A DNA stretch of 64,000 nt from Octopus vulgaris (GCA_951406725.2 OX597818.1:99386001-99450000); one strand, 5' to 3'. Positions 14,541 through 28,509 are shown, counted from the stretch's first letter. Made by a program: numbers and translations. Notes: generated from the sequence alone by a model not told the origin.

Positions 14541-15647
14541 TGTGTTTTCCATAGAGCAGCAGTTCAAATATAACTTCTATCTTCACCTAAAAACAAAAAT
14601 TCAACTGCTTGAGGAAGAAATTAACAAGATTTATTTACTGGGAATGTGATAAAGCAAATCCAAATACTCGGTCTTCGGAAGTTAATTGAACGGTAATGAT
14701 AATAAGCTAACGCAATAATACGCTTGAAATGTTTCTTTCAGTGTTCATAGGTTATAGTTAAAGATCCGTCATAGTACAGTCTGTCCTGTTTAATGAGTAA
14801 GTGAAAAGATTCTTTGAAGTAAATACTATTTTTAACGAACTAAATTATACGAGAAATAAGACAGCAGTAAAACAGTAACAATCACAACAACAATAGTGAA
14901 CATTTTAATATTAACAACAACAACGACAATAATAATAATAATTATTATTTCTACTATAGACACAAAGCCTGAAATTTTAGCATTTTGTGCTGTACAGCAA
15001 CGATTTTATCAGCTCGAAATACTTCTATCAATATTGCACTTTCCAAACAGTACTGGATAGAAAACACAGAACAATCTGCGAAAATCGAAATGAATTTTTT
15101 TTTAACTTGAAAATTTGAATCTGAAATTGAAATTGATTCTAAAGTTACGGATCTCAACATCTCTTATTTTATACACCACTGAATGTATTAAAACTGATTT
15201 TCTTTTCTTTTATATCAATTGTGATTGCTAGTCTGGTAACAATTTCATCATTTAAGTTTAACATTCCATTGCCAGTCTTTATGCATGATACAAAACCGAA
15301 ATATACACACAATGCCCTTCAAAAAGTAACTTGAACTGAGAACATTAAGCTAACGAAGCCCTTGTCAATTGTTTAAAGCTGTCGCTGTCTAGATCGGCGA
15401 AATATACCTCATCATGAAACCTACTCCAAACTTGATGAAATTTCATCGATATGAGTCCAATGCCTTGATCATGGGCACAATTCGTACCAGACAACCATTA
15501 GATCTGCTGCCTAGCTTTTTATTGTTCTGACAACTAGAACTTCATTGTTTTCGATAAAGACATGGAAATGAAGTATTGGCTTGGTCAAAAAGGAAATAAA
15601 TCACAAATATATATAAAAAAAAATAAGGAAAATATATCTGTACTCAC

Positions 15648-15983
15648 TGTTTACTTTGAGGTAAACCCACGTGCCGTTTCCCGTGAATTTTTCAATGTCC
15701 AGGAATATTACTTTACATTCGTACCAGCCTTCGTCCTGTGTTCGGATGTGACTTATTTCTAATGACATACCATGGATTATCTTGAGCCGACCTTCAAAGC
15801 GGCCGTTAATCTGTGGTGGGTAATTGTCGTAACGCATGTAGACTGGCTGATCAAGACCGGCCTTATTCCACTGGATCACGTGGGGCTTCTTTTTCCCTAC
15901 CGGTAAGGAAACGTGGCAGTTAAGAACCTGCTGTCCGCCTAAACTTGCAGACTTTGTCATGGATTCCACCAAACCACTAAGTC
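15648..15983 (-). CDS. Internal coding exon encoding the first (V-type) Ig domain of a turtle/IGSF9(Dasm1)-like cell adhesion molecule
   Basis: Translation (G)LSGLVESMTKSASLGGQQVLNCHVSLPVGKKKPHVIQWNKAGLDQPVYMRYDNYPPQINGRFEGRLKIIHGMSLEISHIRTQDEGWYECKVIFLDIEKFTGNGTWVYLKVN has the Ig Cys, Trp and DxGxYxC motifs. It also has turtle/IGSF9-like 'P(V/I)(Y/F)...YPP', 'DEGWYECKV..L' and 'NG(T/S)WV.L.(V/I)N'. Acceptor is ctttttgtttctttgcacag|G (AG at 15985-15984); donor is AACA|gtgagt (15647-15642). Length 336 nt, phase 1-1, typical of Ig exons. Orthology (turtle vs borderless vs paralogue) is not resolved. Confidence 0.9.
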
Positions 15984-17609
15984 CTGTGCAAAGAAACAAA
16001 AAGAAGATTAAATTATAAAAGCTGAAATATATAATTTTGGACAGGGGAAATGTTGGCTATAATTACTCTCAAAAAAATATAATTATATAATATAATATTG
16101 GGAGGAATGGGTTCGAAGATAGTAAATAAATTTTCTCTTTAGGTGCGATTATGATAGATTTAATGGCACAAATATGTAAGGGATGTGAGAACTCTGTATC
16201 AAAGACCAAGTTCATAACAACGCAAATCTCACCTTTATACAGTAATCTCATTTATTTACAGTTACAAGTGATATATTCAGTGTGCCTATTTCCAGGCAGA
16301 GTCAGGAACATTGAAAGATAATAAATAGTATTCGTCATGGATTCGGTGATGCTTCATGAAAGGACATGAACCGCAGACAATTCGCAAGTAATCCATTGTT
16401 TCTGTTAATTCGATTCATCGCTACTTTATCTCTTCCTCTTTTTACCCTCTCTCGTGTTTCTAATTTTCAGTTGTAGCCAGTTTATATTAGGCAATTGATA
16501 CATTTAGGAAAGACATGAACCCCGAACATTAAATTTACTCAATAATCGGGAAGCTTTTTGTCTTGCCAAAAGGAAGGTAATAAAATAATGCCAAAGTAGA
16601 ATGTTATCATTCCCGCCTTCTTTTCGTAAACATCTCAATATTCAACAAAACTCGAATCGAACTAACAAAGCCACTATAAAGTTGATCAACCTACAAGAAA
16701 CTGCATCCATATCTCCCTCAAATCCTACCACACAGCCTAAACAAGAGAGAAGCATATTTGGTAGTGTAGTTTTAGATACCCCTAAAAGTAAGGATGTATA
16801 TATTTCTATATGTATGAAATTATATCCATATATACAACCACATAATCATTTGTATAGATTTACATGGATTCATGCAGGTAGATATTCGGAACTACGTTGT
16901 TTGATAATTTAATGAAATCTCCCTTTGAAACGAATTCTACTTCCGCTTTATTCTCTTCCTGTGCAGCAAAATTAGTTTCGGAGTTAACTAGGAACCTGTA
17001 TTGTGCTGCAGCTCAGAGGTGTAGCTACACCTTTCTTTCTCCTCAACCAGCCACTAACAAATAAAAACCATTTAATTCACCGGAAACAATATAATTTACC
17101 AGCATCCTGTTTGAGAGGAAAGGATACGAAATTGTATAGGTGTGGTTGAAATAATGATGATGGTGATAGCAATGGCTTGTGGTGTGCAGGTAGGTGTGTA
17201 TGTGTATGTCATAAAGAGAGAATAAACACGAAACCCATATAACGTGGTAGTGGGAAGATGGCTGTGATAGTGATGAGAGGGTGATGAAATTGGATATAAT
17301 ATCAAACTAATCTTGTAACAAAGCATTGCAGTGAGCAGAAAATAGGTTTGTTATGTGCTCCCGTTTTACATAAGAATGCATACACGAATGCAGCGTGTCT
17401 GTATGTATTGTGTGTGTGTGTGTGTTATGTATTCGAGCAAGCTCACCGGTTAAAAAGTTTCCATCGCAATCACCAGGTTTTGAGTTTGATCCCTCTACTC
17501 GGCACCTTGGGCAAAGCTCTTTTATTACAAACCAGAGTCGACCTCAAACCTTGTGAGTGAATCGATTCTAGCTGAGCATGACGTTAAGGATATGAGTATT
17601 CTTAGAAAT

Positions 17610-17842
17610 GGCGGCGAGCTGGCAGAAACGTTAGCATGCCGGGCGCAATGCTCTATGGTATTTCGTCTGTCTTTACGTTCTGAGTTCAAATTCCGCCGAG
17701 GTCGACTTTGCCTTTAATCCTTTCGGGGGTCGATTAAATAAGTACCAGTTACGCACTGGGGGTTGATATAATCGACTTAATCCGTTTGTCTGTCCTTGTT
17801 TGTCCTCTCTGTGTTTAGCCCCTTGTGGGTAGTAAAGAAATA
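17610..17842 (+). mobile_element. tRNA-derived SINE family B, full length with target-site duplication
   Basis: GGCGGCGAGCTGGCAGAA head, GAGTTCAAATTC B box and a CCTTTCGGGGTCGAT.AA.TAAGTACCAG central domain (Meta/MESC-like, from memory). Flanked by GATATGAGT(A/G)TTCTTAGAA at 17589 and 17843. Confidence 0.9.
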
Positions 17843-18112
17843 GATATGAGTGTTCTTAGAATACTCAAGCACTTGCATTAAATTTTAACGAGTAGGCAAC
17901 TCAGTTTATTGAACGTGGATTGCATGTAAAGTCGCCTTTCTATTTCTTTCTCTGTCACAAGGCTTTACTCTGCCCGAGGTCATAGCAAAAGACACTTAAC
18001 CAAGGTGCCACATAGTAGGACTGAACCCTGTATGAATGTATTTCGCATGTCGAGGATACTGTATGGTACTCTAATATTTGTGTTCTGGTGCTTTTTAAAT
18101 AAAGTGGAATCT

Positions 18113-18174
<62 letters not shown>

Positions 18175-18178
18175 GTTG

Positions 18179-18210
<32 letters not shown>

Positions 18211-18257
18211 GGTGGTGGTGGTGGTGGTGAAGGTGTTGTTGTTGTTGCTGTTAAGTC

Positions 18258-19740
18258 AAGCGGCGAACTTGCAGAATCATTAACACGCCGGGCTAAATGC
18301 TTTGAGGCATTTCGTCTGTCTTTATTCCACCGAGGTAGACTTTGCTTTTCATCATTTCGGGGTCAATAAATTAAGTACCAGTTGAATACTGGGGTCAATG
18401 TAATCGACTAAACCCCTCCTCCCAAATTCCAGGCAATAGTAGAAGTGGTTATTATGACTATGAAGGTGGCGAGTTGACAGAATCGCCACAGCGTTGGAAT
18501 GAATTCTTCATGGTATTTCTTCAAGCTCTTTATGTTCTGCGCTCAGTTCCCACCGGGTTCAACTTTGCACTTCATTCTTCGAGACGGATAAATTAAAGTA
18601 CCAGTTAAGTACTGGAATCAATGACATCCACTAAACCCCTCTCCTCAAAATTACTGGACATGTGCCTAAATCAGAAATTTTATCGACCTCAGAGAGATGG
18701 AAAGCAAAACTGGTGACGGAGAGATTTGGACTCAAAAGCTAAATATTGCATATTATCTTTTTCGACATTCTGACAATGCTGCCAACCCAACGCTTTCACT
18801 AACAACAATAATTATTGTTACTTGAAAGATTAAGGCGGAGAGCTGTCGGAATAGTTAGCATACCAGACAAAATGCTTAGCAGTATTTCGTCTGCCGCTAC
18901 GTTCTGAGTTCAAATTCCGCCGAGGTCGGCTTTGCCTTTCATCCTTTCGGGGTCGATAAATTAAGTACCAGTTACACACTGGGGCCGATGTAATCGACTT
19001 AATCTGTTTTTTTTTTGTCCATGTTTGTCCTTTCTGTGTTTAGCCTCTTGTGGGTAGTAAAGAAATAGGTATTCCCTCCGTCTTTACGTTCTAAATTCAA
19101 ATTCCGCCGAGGTCGACTTTACCTTTCATCTTTTCGGCGTTGATAAATTAAGTACCAGTCGAACACTGGGGTTGCTATGGTCGATTAATCCCATCCCTCA
19201 AAATTTCAGGTCTTGTTCCTATGGTAGAAAGGATTATTATTGAGGGCAGCGAGCTAGTAGAATTTCTTCCGGTTCTTTACGCTACGAGTTCAAATTCAGT
19301 TGAGGTCAGTTTTGCCTTCCACCCTTTTGGGGTCGATAAAATAAGTACCAATCAAGCACTGGAGTCGATGTAATAGATTTGCTCCTCCCTTCTAAGTTGC
19401 TGGCCTTGTGTCAAAGTTAGAAAGAATTAAGATAGGCGGTATCATTATTGCGTCGGATAAAATCTATTGCAGTATCTGTTCCAGGGTCGATAAAATAAAG
19501 TACAAGCCAAATCATAGCTTTGAACGGCATTGATTAACAAATACCCCAGATTTTAGACGCTTTGCATGGCACTTATTCTTGCTCTTTGCGGGAATTTGAG
19601 TTCAAATCCCGATAAGGACAACTTTATCTTTTGTCTCACCCTGATCTATAAAACAAAACAGCAATGAAGCAATGGGATCGATATAATCGATTAACATCTC
19701 TCCCCTCAAAATTGTTGGAAATGTGCTTAAATCAGATAAA
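18258..19740 (+). mobile_element. Head-to-tail cluster of about seven family-B SINE copies of differing divergence
   Basis: Recurrent gtcgataaa(t/a)taagtacca motif at about 18362, 18587, 18952, 19140, 19332 and 19486, with a degenerate copy near 19645. Confidence 0.8.
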
Positions 19741-20284
19741 ATTATTATTTAGAAATAAACTGAGCGACATGGAAGACTAAAAATATTAAATAAATAGGTG
19801 AATAAATAAATATTTCGAAAGTAGGCAGTTAATCCAGTTGACATCAAAAATCCCTATCAACATATCTTTCCTTTTTCCTGTCAGCTTTCACTGCATCTCC
19901 ACAACCTGTTTAGCAACGTTGTCTCAGCCACTGACTGACAGGTTGCTGGAATATGGAAGCTATACACAGAAAGCTGCTACTGAAGGAAAAATCAAGTGTT
20001 GCAACATTAATACGAATCGACATTTACAAAGGGAAATTAAAGAGAAACAAGGAATTGAGAAAAAGATTGTCGACATGTTTGCCGAGAACATGATCTCTTT
20101 ACTCGTATTGTATTCTAACACACCACTTTCTCATCTTCTCTTTCTTTCCATTCTCTTAGCCTGTGTATGTATGTATGTATGTATGTATGTATGTATGTAT
20201 GTATGTATGTATGTATGTATGTATGTATGTATGTATGTATGCGTGTGCATGATGGATGTAATGTATGTGTGTGCGATGTGCATC

Positions 20285-20714
20285 TATCGTTTATCTGTTA
20301 CTTGCTTCAATAACTGGACTGCGACCATGCAGTCTACCCTAAATCTATCCCAGTATTTGTTATTTCTTAAGGTTTGGTACTTATTCTATCGGATTCCTTG
20401 GCCGAACCGTTTAGTTATGGGGACGTAAACACACTAACACCGATTCTCAAGCGGTAGTGGGTGGGAAAAACTCAGACAGGTCGCCATGATAGATCGCTAA
20501 CCTCTACAAACATTTTTTCTCTCCTTGTTTCTCTCCTTGTTTTTTCTGTGTCCCTTTCTGTAGAAGAATGTAGGCTTGAAACGTAAAAGACCTTTTTCTA
20601 TTCCTGAGCGTTATACTAATACATCTGTTTGTCTTGTACACCACCTGTCTTCGTCTTTTGCTTTTTTTCGTAAACTCTCCCTATATATATATGTATATAT
20701 ATGTATACACATAC

Positions 20715-20764
<50 letters not shown>

Positions 20765-20874
20765 CACACATATATAAATATATATATATATACATACACA
20801 CACATACACACAAATATATATATACACATACACACATTCACACACACACATATATATACTTATACATACATACA

Positions 20875-20906
<32 letters not shown>

Positions 20907-20952
20907 CCACGAGTTTCCATACAGTTTCCGTCTGCCAAATTCACGCACAAGG
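20285..20952 (-). mobile_element. SINE family A, diverged, split by the 20480-20681 insertion and microsatellites
   Basis: 3' half at 20285-20478; cagtttccgtctgccaaattcac segment at 20910-20952. Confidence 0.7.
20480..20681 (+). mobile_element. ~200-bp repeat with hammerhead-like motif (A6U variant), copy 1, nested in a SINE's internal microsatellite
   Basis: 20554-20589 reads CUUU CUGUAGA A-GAAU-GUAG-GCUU GAAA CG UA AAAG. The whole unit aligns by eye with 50520-50723 and ends at (TA)n. Confidence 0.55.
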
Positions 20953-21773
20953 GGCGGAGTTGTATGTATGAACGCTAACCCACCTACACTTGCATCCATC
21001 CATCCATCCATCCATACACATATGTGCGTGTATGTGTACACACAAACGTATATATGTAATACCATACTAGTACATATGGCAGTACAGTGATATTTAAATA
21101 ATATGAGGATAGGATTCATTCGTAAATTAGCCATACAATTTCTCGACATAGCATCCTACCATTTCCTTCCTTGTTATTGATAATTTAGATTAAGCAAATA
21201 CCAAGATCACATTTTCAGCAGTATTTTGGCTGGCTATCATTATTTTGCAAAGAGAGGAAACACAACAACGCTGACAACTGAAATATAATTCGCATCAACA
21301 ACAATAATAAGAATGGTAATTTTATTTGCAGAAAAGAATTAAATATGATATTATTTCTCTTCTGCTACAAAGCAACCCCAATTATTCTTATTGTTGTTTC
21401 TTACAATATCATATAGATTACATGATTGTAAGTAATACGCTACTGACGATTTCATCGAATGTAATGTCTCCTTTACAAAAGAGATATTCTACTCGGAGCC
21501 AATGAGGAAACATCTACGCACGCTGTTGTTTTATCTATAAGACAAAGCAGTTCAAAGAATCTTTCAAAATATATCCTACTGTCTTACAAAAAGAAGGATA
21601 CGTCGAACAATTTCAGTACTTGACATACAAAAAGACGAGACTGTCACGGCCTTAGCCTGTAGTTTTTTACTTGATCGGAAATGACCGGCGGATGATAACA
21701 ACAACAACAATCACCACCACCACCACCACCGCCAAAACCACCACCACCACCACCACCACCACCACCAACCACC

Positions 21774-21817
<44 letters not shown>

Positions 21818-22135
21818 CTGCCACAGCAAGAAGAAGAGAAAAGAACAAATTGATATTGTTAAAAATAAGATCAAAGCTTTTACATTTTTTTCATCTTGCA
21901 ATATCCGTCGTTTGTTGTTTGTTAAGTGTAGTTTAAATGTAGGGGATTCCGAAATTCTGAACAATTTCTTGTCTTGTTTTTCATGGGATTTTCTCATTTG
22001 ACAGTTTCTGTGCTATCTAACCAACATGTGTGTAAAAGTAATGCCTTAACCACGAAAAAAAAAAAAAATTCCCTGCATGAAGTTGTTGCTTTATATTTAA
22101 GATATGTTTGGTGATAGTAACTTGAAAATAAACAA

Positions 22136-22689
22136 CCGTAAATCCTCGAGTATAGTCCGCCCTTGAGTATAATACGCAGGGGACTTTTAGGTGACCGGAC
22201 CTCTGAAAAACCTAAGCCTTGTGTATAATACGCTCCCCTTCGCTAACTTGGATCAAGGAGGTCTATATAATGTCCTTGGTTTGTAAAAATGTATACGGTA
22301 ACGTTCTTTATTATTATTGTATATATAACATAATGCAAACATGTAGCTTTTTTTGTATATATTGTTTGCATTTTGTTATATGGGAATGTATGCAAATTGT
22401 TTTTGATACATGTTATTTGGTGTTCTGAATACTTTTATTTTAATTAATGTTGGTTACTGCAAGTTATGGATGGTTCTTTTATGACTTCATTGTTTTCAGG
22501 CTTAGCTCAAGGTATTTTCGCGCCCGACATCACAAAATGCGTCTGAATAAACATTGCCGGACAGCAAATAGAGACTCGGACATTACTTGGAAAATAGTTT
22601 CCATTTTTAACCTCGTATATAGTACGCACTAGGGATTTTGACCTTAAAATTTTGGGAAAAAAATGCGGATTATATTCGAGGATTTACAG
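22136..22689. mobile_element. pogo/Tigger-type MITE
   Basis: TIRs CCGTAAATCCTCGAGTATAGTCCGC and GCGGATTATATTCGAGGATTTACAG, followed by TA on the right (left flank is AA). Subterminal copies of the (C)TCGAGTATA.T.CGC motif lie at about 22162 and 22612. Confidence 0.8.
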
Positions 22690-23381
22690 TATACACTTCA
22701 CTGATTAACTCTTGTACATTTGATTTTAATATCATTGTATTTTAGTATGATTGTTGATACACGTGCTGTTGTTTAGTCCTAGTTCGTCCTGATCGAACAC
22801 ATCTATGTTAAACAGTGTTCTAGCAATGGTATTCGTCTTTTTCACAGGCGAAGCAGTTACTGAAACTTTAAATTTTAGGTTATCACGATTACAAACATAT
22901 ATGATTGGTCATAATCACTGATAAAACAATGAAAATCGACCTGCCTAATGTTTGTTTCTCTAGATTGCAGCACACACGAACGAATTGCTTTAAAACGGCA
23001 AGGCAGGTCTACATGCAAAGTTAGCCGGAACAGTGCAAGAGCAGCAATGAAAATTGTATCTGATTGAAGAGTTTGATATTGAAGGGACTCTGTATAGAAA
23101 ATTCTGTAAAAGTATGCTAGTGTTTGTTGTTTAACCTCAGGTCAAATCTAGTTGACAGACCTATTATGATCAAAGGTGTTCCAGCTGTGACCTTACCATC
23201 ATTATACAAAGATAAATACGATAGCAAACTAGTTATGAAGACAGACAGACAGATAGATAGATAGATAGATAGTTAGATAGATAGATAGATAGATAGATAG
23301 GTATGTATGTATTTAGGTAGGTAGGTAGATAGGGAGGGAGGGAGGGAAAGAGGGATGGTGTGAGGGAGTGAGGGAGGGAGA

Positions 23382-23412
<31 letters not shown>

Positions 23413-23525
23413 ATAGACAGACAGGTAGGTAGATAGGTAGGTAGGTAGGCAGGTACATAGATAGATAGAGAAAAGTAGCTAGCTACTAGCTAGACAGACA
23501 GACAGAAAGACAGACAGACAGACAG

Positions 23526-23557
<32 letters not shown>

Positions 23558-23902
23558 GCAGACAGACAGACAGACAGACAGGCAGACAGACAGACAGATA
23601 GATAGATAGGAAAATGTAGAGATAGTAATAGAATTGATAGTTATAGAATATTATTACATTGTTAACAATGTTAAAACAGAAAATTAATATGAAACTCAAG
23701 TGAAGACTTTTTATTCTCGTTACTACGGAAACGACAGTTCCGTGCAGTATAACGTTTATAACCTTAATATATAAAGCAGTAAGTCACGTGTGAAGTATTT
23801 TTGTGGGTTCGTTTCTCTCTTTCTGTCATAGTGAAAGGAGAAAACAGTAGCTATGTAAAAAAAGGTGGAAGAAGAGGAAGTATTATAAAGTGTTGTAGAT
23901 AA

Positions 23903-24398
23903 GGCGGCGAACTGGCAGAAATGTTAGCACGCCGGGGGAAATGCTTAGCGGTATTTCGTCTGCGTTACGTTGTGAGTTCAAATTCCGCCGAGGTCGACTT
24001 TGCCTTTCATCCTTTCGGGGTCGATAAATTAAGTACCAGTTACGCACTGGGGTCGATGTAATCGACTTAATACCTATGTCTGTCCTTGTTTGTCTCCTCT
24101 GTGTTTAGCCCCTTGTGGGTAATAAAGAAATAGGTATTTCGTCTGCCGTTACGTTGTGAGTTCAAATTCCACCGAGGTCGACTTTGCATTTCATCCTTTC
24201 GGGGTCGATAAATTAAGTACCAGTTACGCACTGGGGTCGATATAATCGACTTAATCCATTTGTCTGTCCTTGTCTTTCCTCTCTGTGTTTAGCCCCTTGT
24301 GGGTAGTAAAGAAATAGGTATTTCGTCTGCCGGTACGTTCTGAGTTCTGTCCTTGTTTGTCCCCTCTATGTTTAGCCCCTTGTGGGCAATAAAGAAAT
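23903..24398 (+). mobile_element. SINE family B multimer (one head, body repeated, third unit internally deleted)
   Basis: The ggtatttcgtctgc...aaagaaata unit recurs at 23950, 24133 and 24317. Confidence 0.9.
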
Positions 24399-25046
24399 GA
24401 GAACTTCTAGTTTAGACAGGTTTAATCTAGCATTGCAGAAATTAACGTTGTAGGAGTGATTTAATGGAGGAAAAGAATTAAGACGATATGACTGCGATGA
24501 CGATTAGCATGTAAAAGAGGACAGCGATAGCAGCAATGATGACATCATTGACTAAGTACATGATAACGAATGTATCTTTGGCAACGCTATATAGCAAAGG
24601 AATATAAACTTCACTTTACTTGATATCAAAAAGTCTTGCAAATGGTTTCTTCCTCTGAAAGAAGACTGTAATGTTACTTATGATAATGCCTGCGTCATCG
24701 ATACTTCTGCTCTGTTTCACCATCCCCTCCCCGCCATCATCACTCTCTTACTTTTACTTTCACTTTTCCTCTCGAACCCCGAACCTCACTCGTTCTTACA
24801 CTATGTTCTTTCTTATATTCTCCATTACTTTATACTTTCACTCCTGTTTCTCCTTTCTCTAACAACTTTAAATTTTACAATTTCTTACTTATTTCTCACC
24901 AATTTTCACTCTTTGCTTACATTCTTTATTCATTCAATCCCTCTGTTTTCTCTATCTTTTTATTTCTACCAACTCTCCATTCACTTCTCTCCTCATATAC
25001 ATGCATACACACACGCACGCGCGCCACACACATACACATACATACC

Positions 25047-25105
<59 letters not shown>

Positions 25106-25867
25106 TATATATAATATATATATATATATACATATATGTATAATATATATGTATATATATATATAGAGAGAGAGATAAATATATGCATACATAAATATAT
25201 ATATACACAGATATGTTATGTATATATATTATATATATGTTATATATATAAATATATGTGTGTGTATAATTGTATCTATATCTACGTTTAATCTCTCTCT
25301 CCCTCTCTCTCTCTCTCTCTGTCTGTCTGTCTGCCTATCTATCTATCTATCTATCTATCTATCCATCTATCTATCTATCATACTTACTTACAAACATACA
25401 TGTGTTAATGCATGCACACGCACAAACACGCACTCACACATCACACGCATGCGCACGCACACAGACACATATATTCTCTCTCTCTCTCTCTAATTCTTGT
25501 CTATCTTGTCCTACCCGTTCGTATTTCCCCCATCTGTCAGTGTTTTTCTCTCTTTCCTGACCCTTATTACTAATCTTCCCTTTCTTTCCTCAACTCTTTC
25601 TTAACATCTTTTCCTCTCCCATATCTGCTACACTTCCATCAGTTTCATTATCTTTCCTTTTTTTCCCCTCCCGCTTTCTTCTTCTCCTATCATTTTTGTA
25701 TTTCCTCTTTCTTCTTTCTGCTCTGTAATGGCGACGGCGAATAAAAGAAACACACTTGCACGAATTCCTAACTTATCTTCACTAATGGAGCTGTCGTCCG
25801 ATTTCCCTTCTATCACTTTCTTGCTATTATATGTCTTCTTTCATCGACAATATTCACAGTGCGAAAA

Positions 25868-25902
<35 letters not shown>

Positions 25903-25974
25903 AATGATGATGATAATGATGATGATGATGATGATGATGATAATGATGATAATGATGATGATGATCAGATGATG

Positions 25975-26007
<33 letters not shown>

Positions 26008-26055
26008 GTAATAATAATAATAACAATAATAATGATGATGATGATGATGATGATG

Positions 26056-26119
<64 letters not shown>
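25868..26119. repeat. Compound (GAT)n/(AAT)n trinucleotide array
   Basis: Directly visible. Similar trinucleotide arrays lie at 6773-6846, 18116-18250, 21697-21817 and 43995-44432. Confidence 0.97.
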
Positions 26120-26121
<2 letters not shown>

Positions 26122-26228
26122 GCAACTTTTCATCTCAGAATCTTATGTATCGTTTGCCCCGTCTTCCTTTTAACATTCAACCGCATACAAACACACGCGT
26201 GTGTATGTGGGTGTACGTATGTGCGTGC

Positions 26229-26266
<38 letters not shown>

Positions 26267-26492
26267 ATGCGTGCAAGTGCATGCGTACGCACGCGTGCAC
26301 GTAAGTGAAAGCTGTGAACAAGGAGAAAAGTAGAGTACGTCAGGTGGGAAATACAGTTACTTAAATTCTGTCTGTCTGTCTACGTATGTATTGTATGTAT
26401 GTATGTATGTATGTATGTATGTATGTATGTATGTATGTATGTATGTATGTATGTATCTTATCTATTTGTCTGTCTGTCTGTCTGTCTATCTA

Positions 26493-26594
<102 letters not shown>

Positions 26595-26679
26595 CATCCA
26601 TCTATCTGTGATAGCTAGCTAGTTGTCTATTTGTCTGTCTCTCTTCTGTCTGTTGCTCGTGTTTCAATCCGTCTGTCTG

Positions 26680-26748
<69 letters not shown>

Positions 26749-26778
26749 GTATACATATATATATATATACATACACAC

Positions 26779-26843
<65 letters not shown>

Positions 26844-27240
26844 ATATTGATAATAGAATAAGTTACATATTCAACCAATTGAGGATTACGATAGCCAAAA
26901 AGTCAACATATGATATCCTCAGATTAAATAACTATATGAAAGTGTCACATAACGATGACAGATAGGGTGGTATGCCAATGCGAAAGTCATTCGAAGAGGC
27001 CGCTGGCAATAGATAGCGTTCAACTAAATGAAAGAAACAAACTGAAAAGGAAGAAATAATTGATAAATGGTAACCAAGGGAAGCAGTATCGAAAAATATA
27101 TAACTGTTGCAGTGCAGTGAGGATAGACGCATAAATACAAAAGACATACGAAGACAAGCACATATGCATAGTTACACAGGTACAATCCGACAAAGAAGTA
27201 ATCTCAACTGTTCATATATACATATACATAATTGCGAGTG

Positions 27241-27294
<54 letters not shown>

Positions 27295-27808
27295 ATGGAC
27301 TCTGCCGTCGAAGATGACCTTTGTGTGTTTAGTAAGACAAAAAAAAAATCCAACCAAATAGACAATCAACAACACACTCATATTACTATTGCTACCATTC
27401 ACCGATGTTTACAATCCGTTCACTTCACCTGGTGACTCCTTATGTGAGTCCTCAGGCCACCAAAAACACTATGGATACGAGCATGACTTATTAAGCCAGC
27501 ACGTGATCTAGCATATGTATGTGTGTTGTGTGTCCGTCTCTCTGTGTGTCTGAATGCATGTATCCAATCATGTACAGATTAGTTGACCTGCAGATGCGAA
27601 AATCTCTTCCAAAAATCATTGGGGAGACTATCTGTGGACAACCGCTTCGAAACTTATTTTGATTAAATATTTGCATTTATGTCGACGATCAGTGGCGCAC
27701 TCGGTTATGTTAGTAAATGCTCATACCATATCTAGAAAGATATTCGAAGAAAGAAAAAGGACAACCAACACAAAATTTGTAGATACAATCTGTGAATGAA
27801 ACAAAATA

Positions 27809-28325
27809 CCGTATTACCTCACTTTAGGAGCATCCACTTTACGGGACTCCCGATTTACGAGTTTTGTGTAAAAGTTTCTACTACCATAACAAATGCTTCT
27901 GTATGTTACCGAGAAATTTATAGGGAGCAGAAAAAAGCTTCAAAGCAAACAACTGTAGATTCGTTTTTTAAAAAGAAATCTACAGGTCCATCTGCGAGTG
28001 CTTGTGAATCGGTGATCGCGTCTACAAGCGATGGTGTGCACGAGTCGAGTGTGCGTGAAAGTGATTCAGAAAACGATTATAATAATATTTTTTATTATAA
28101 ATGATCTTGACATTCTTTTTGCTTTACATAAAATATTCTTTCCATTCTACTGTTGTTTTATTGCCATTTATTCACAAGTATTATAAATTTTATAGGTAAA
28201 TTATTTTTCTGGGAACGAATTACGATAACATTACTACTATGGGAAAATATAGCTCTACTTTACAAGTTTTCGATTTACGAGCGATCTCCGGGAATAAATT
28301 GACTCGTATACTGAGGTATTATATG
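27809..28325 (+). mobile_element. Tigger-type deletion derivative retaining the transposase C-terminus
   Basis: Degenerate TIRs TA|CCGTATTACCTCACTTTAGGAG and CTCGTATACTGAGGTATTATATG|TA, with repeated GATTTACGAG subterminal motifs. The internal peptide CYREIYREQKKASKQTTVDSFFKK resembles Tigger transposase C-termini. Confidence 0.75.
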
Positions 28326-28439
28326 TATATGTAATAATTGTAATAATTTTTATCCAAATTCCAGTGATGGAAATTCTTTCGTTGTTAGAAACAGCTCCAT
28401 CCTTCTAGAGACATTACTAATTGAGAAAAACATATAAAT

Positions 28440-28509
<70 letters not shown>

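Noticed and set aside
17610-19740. CRISPR-like repeat-spacer array
   Set aside because: Units are long, diverged SINE bodies in a eukaryotic context; no cas genes.
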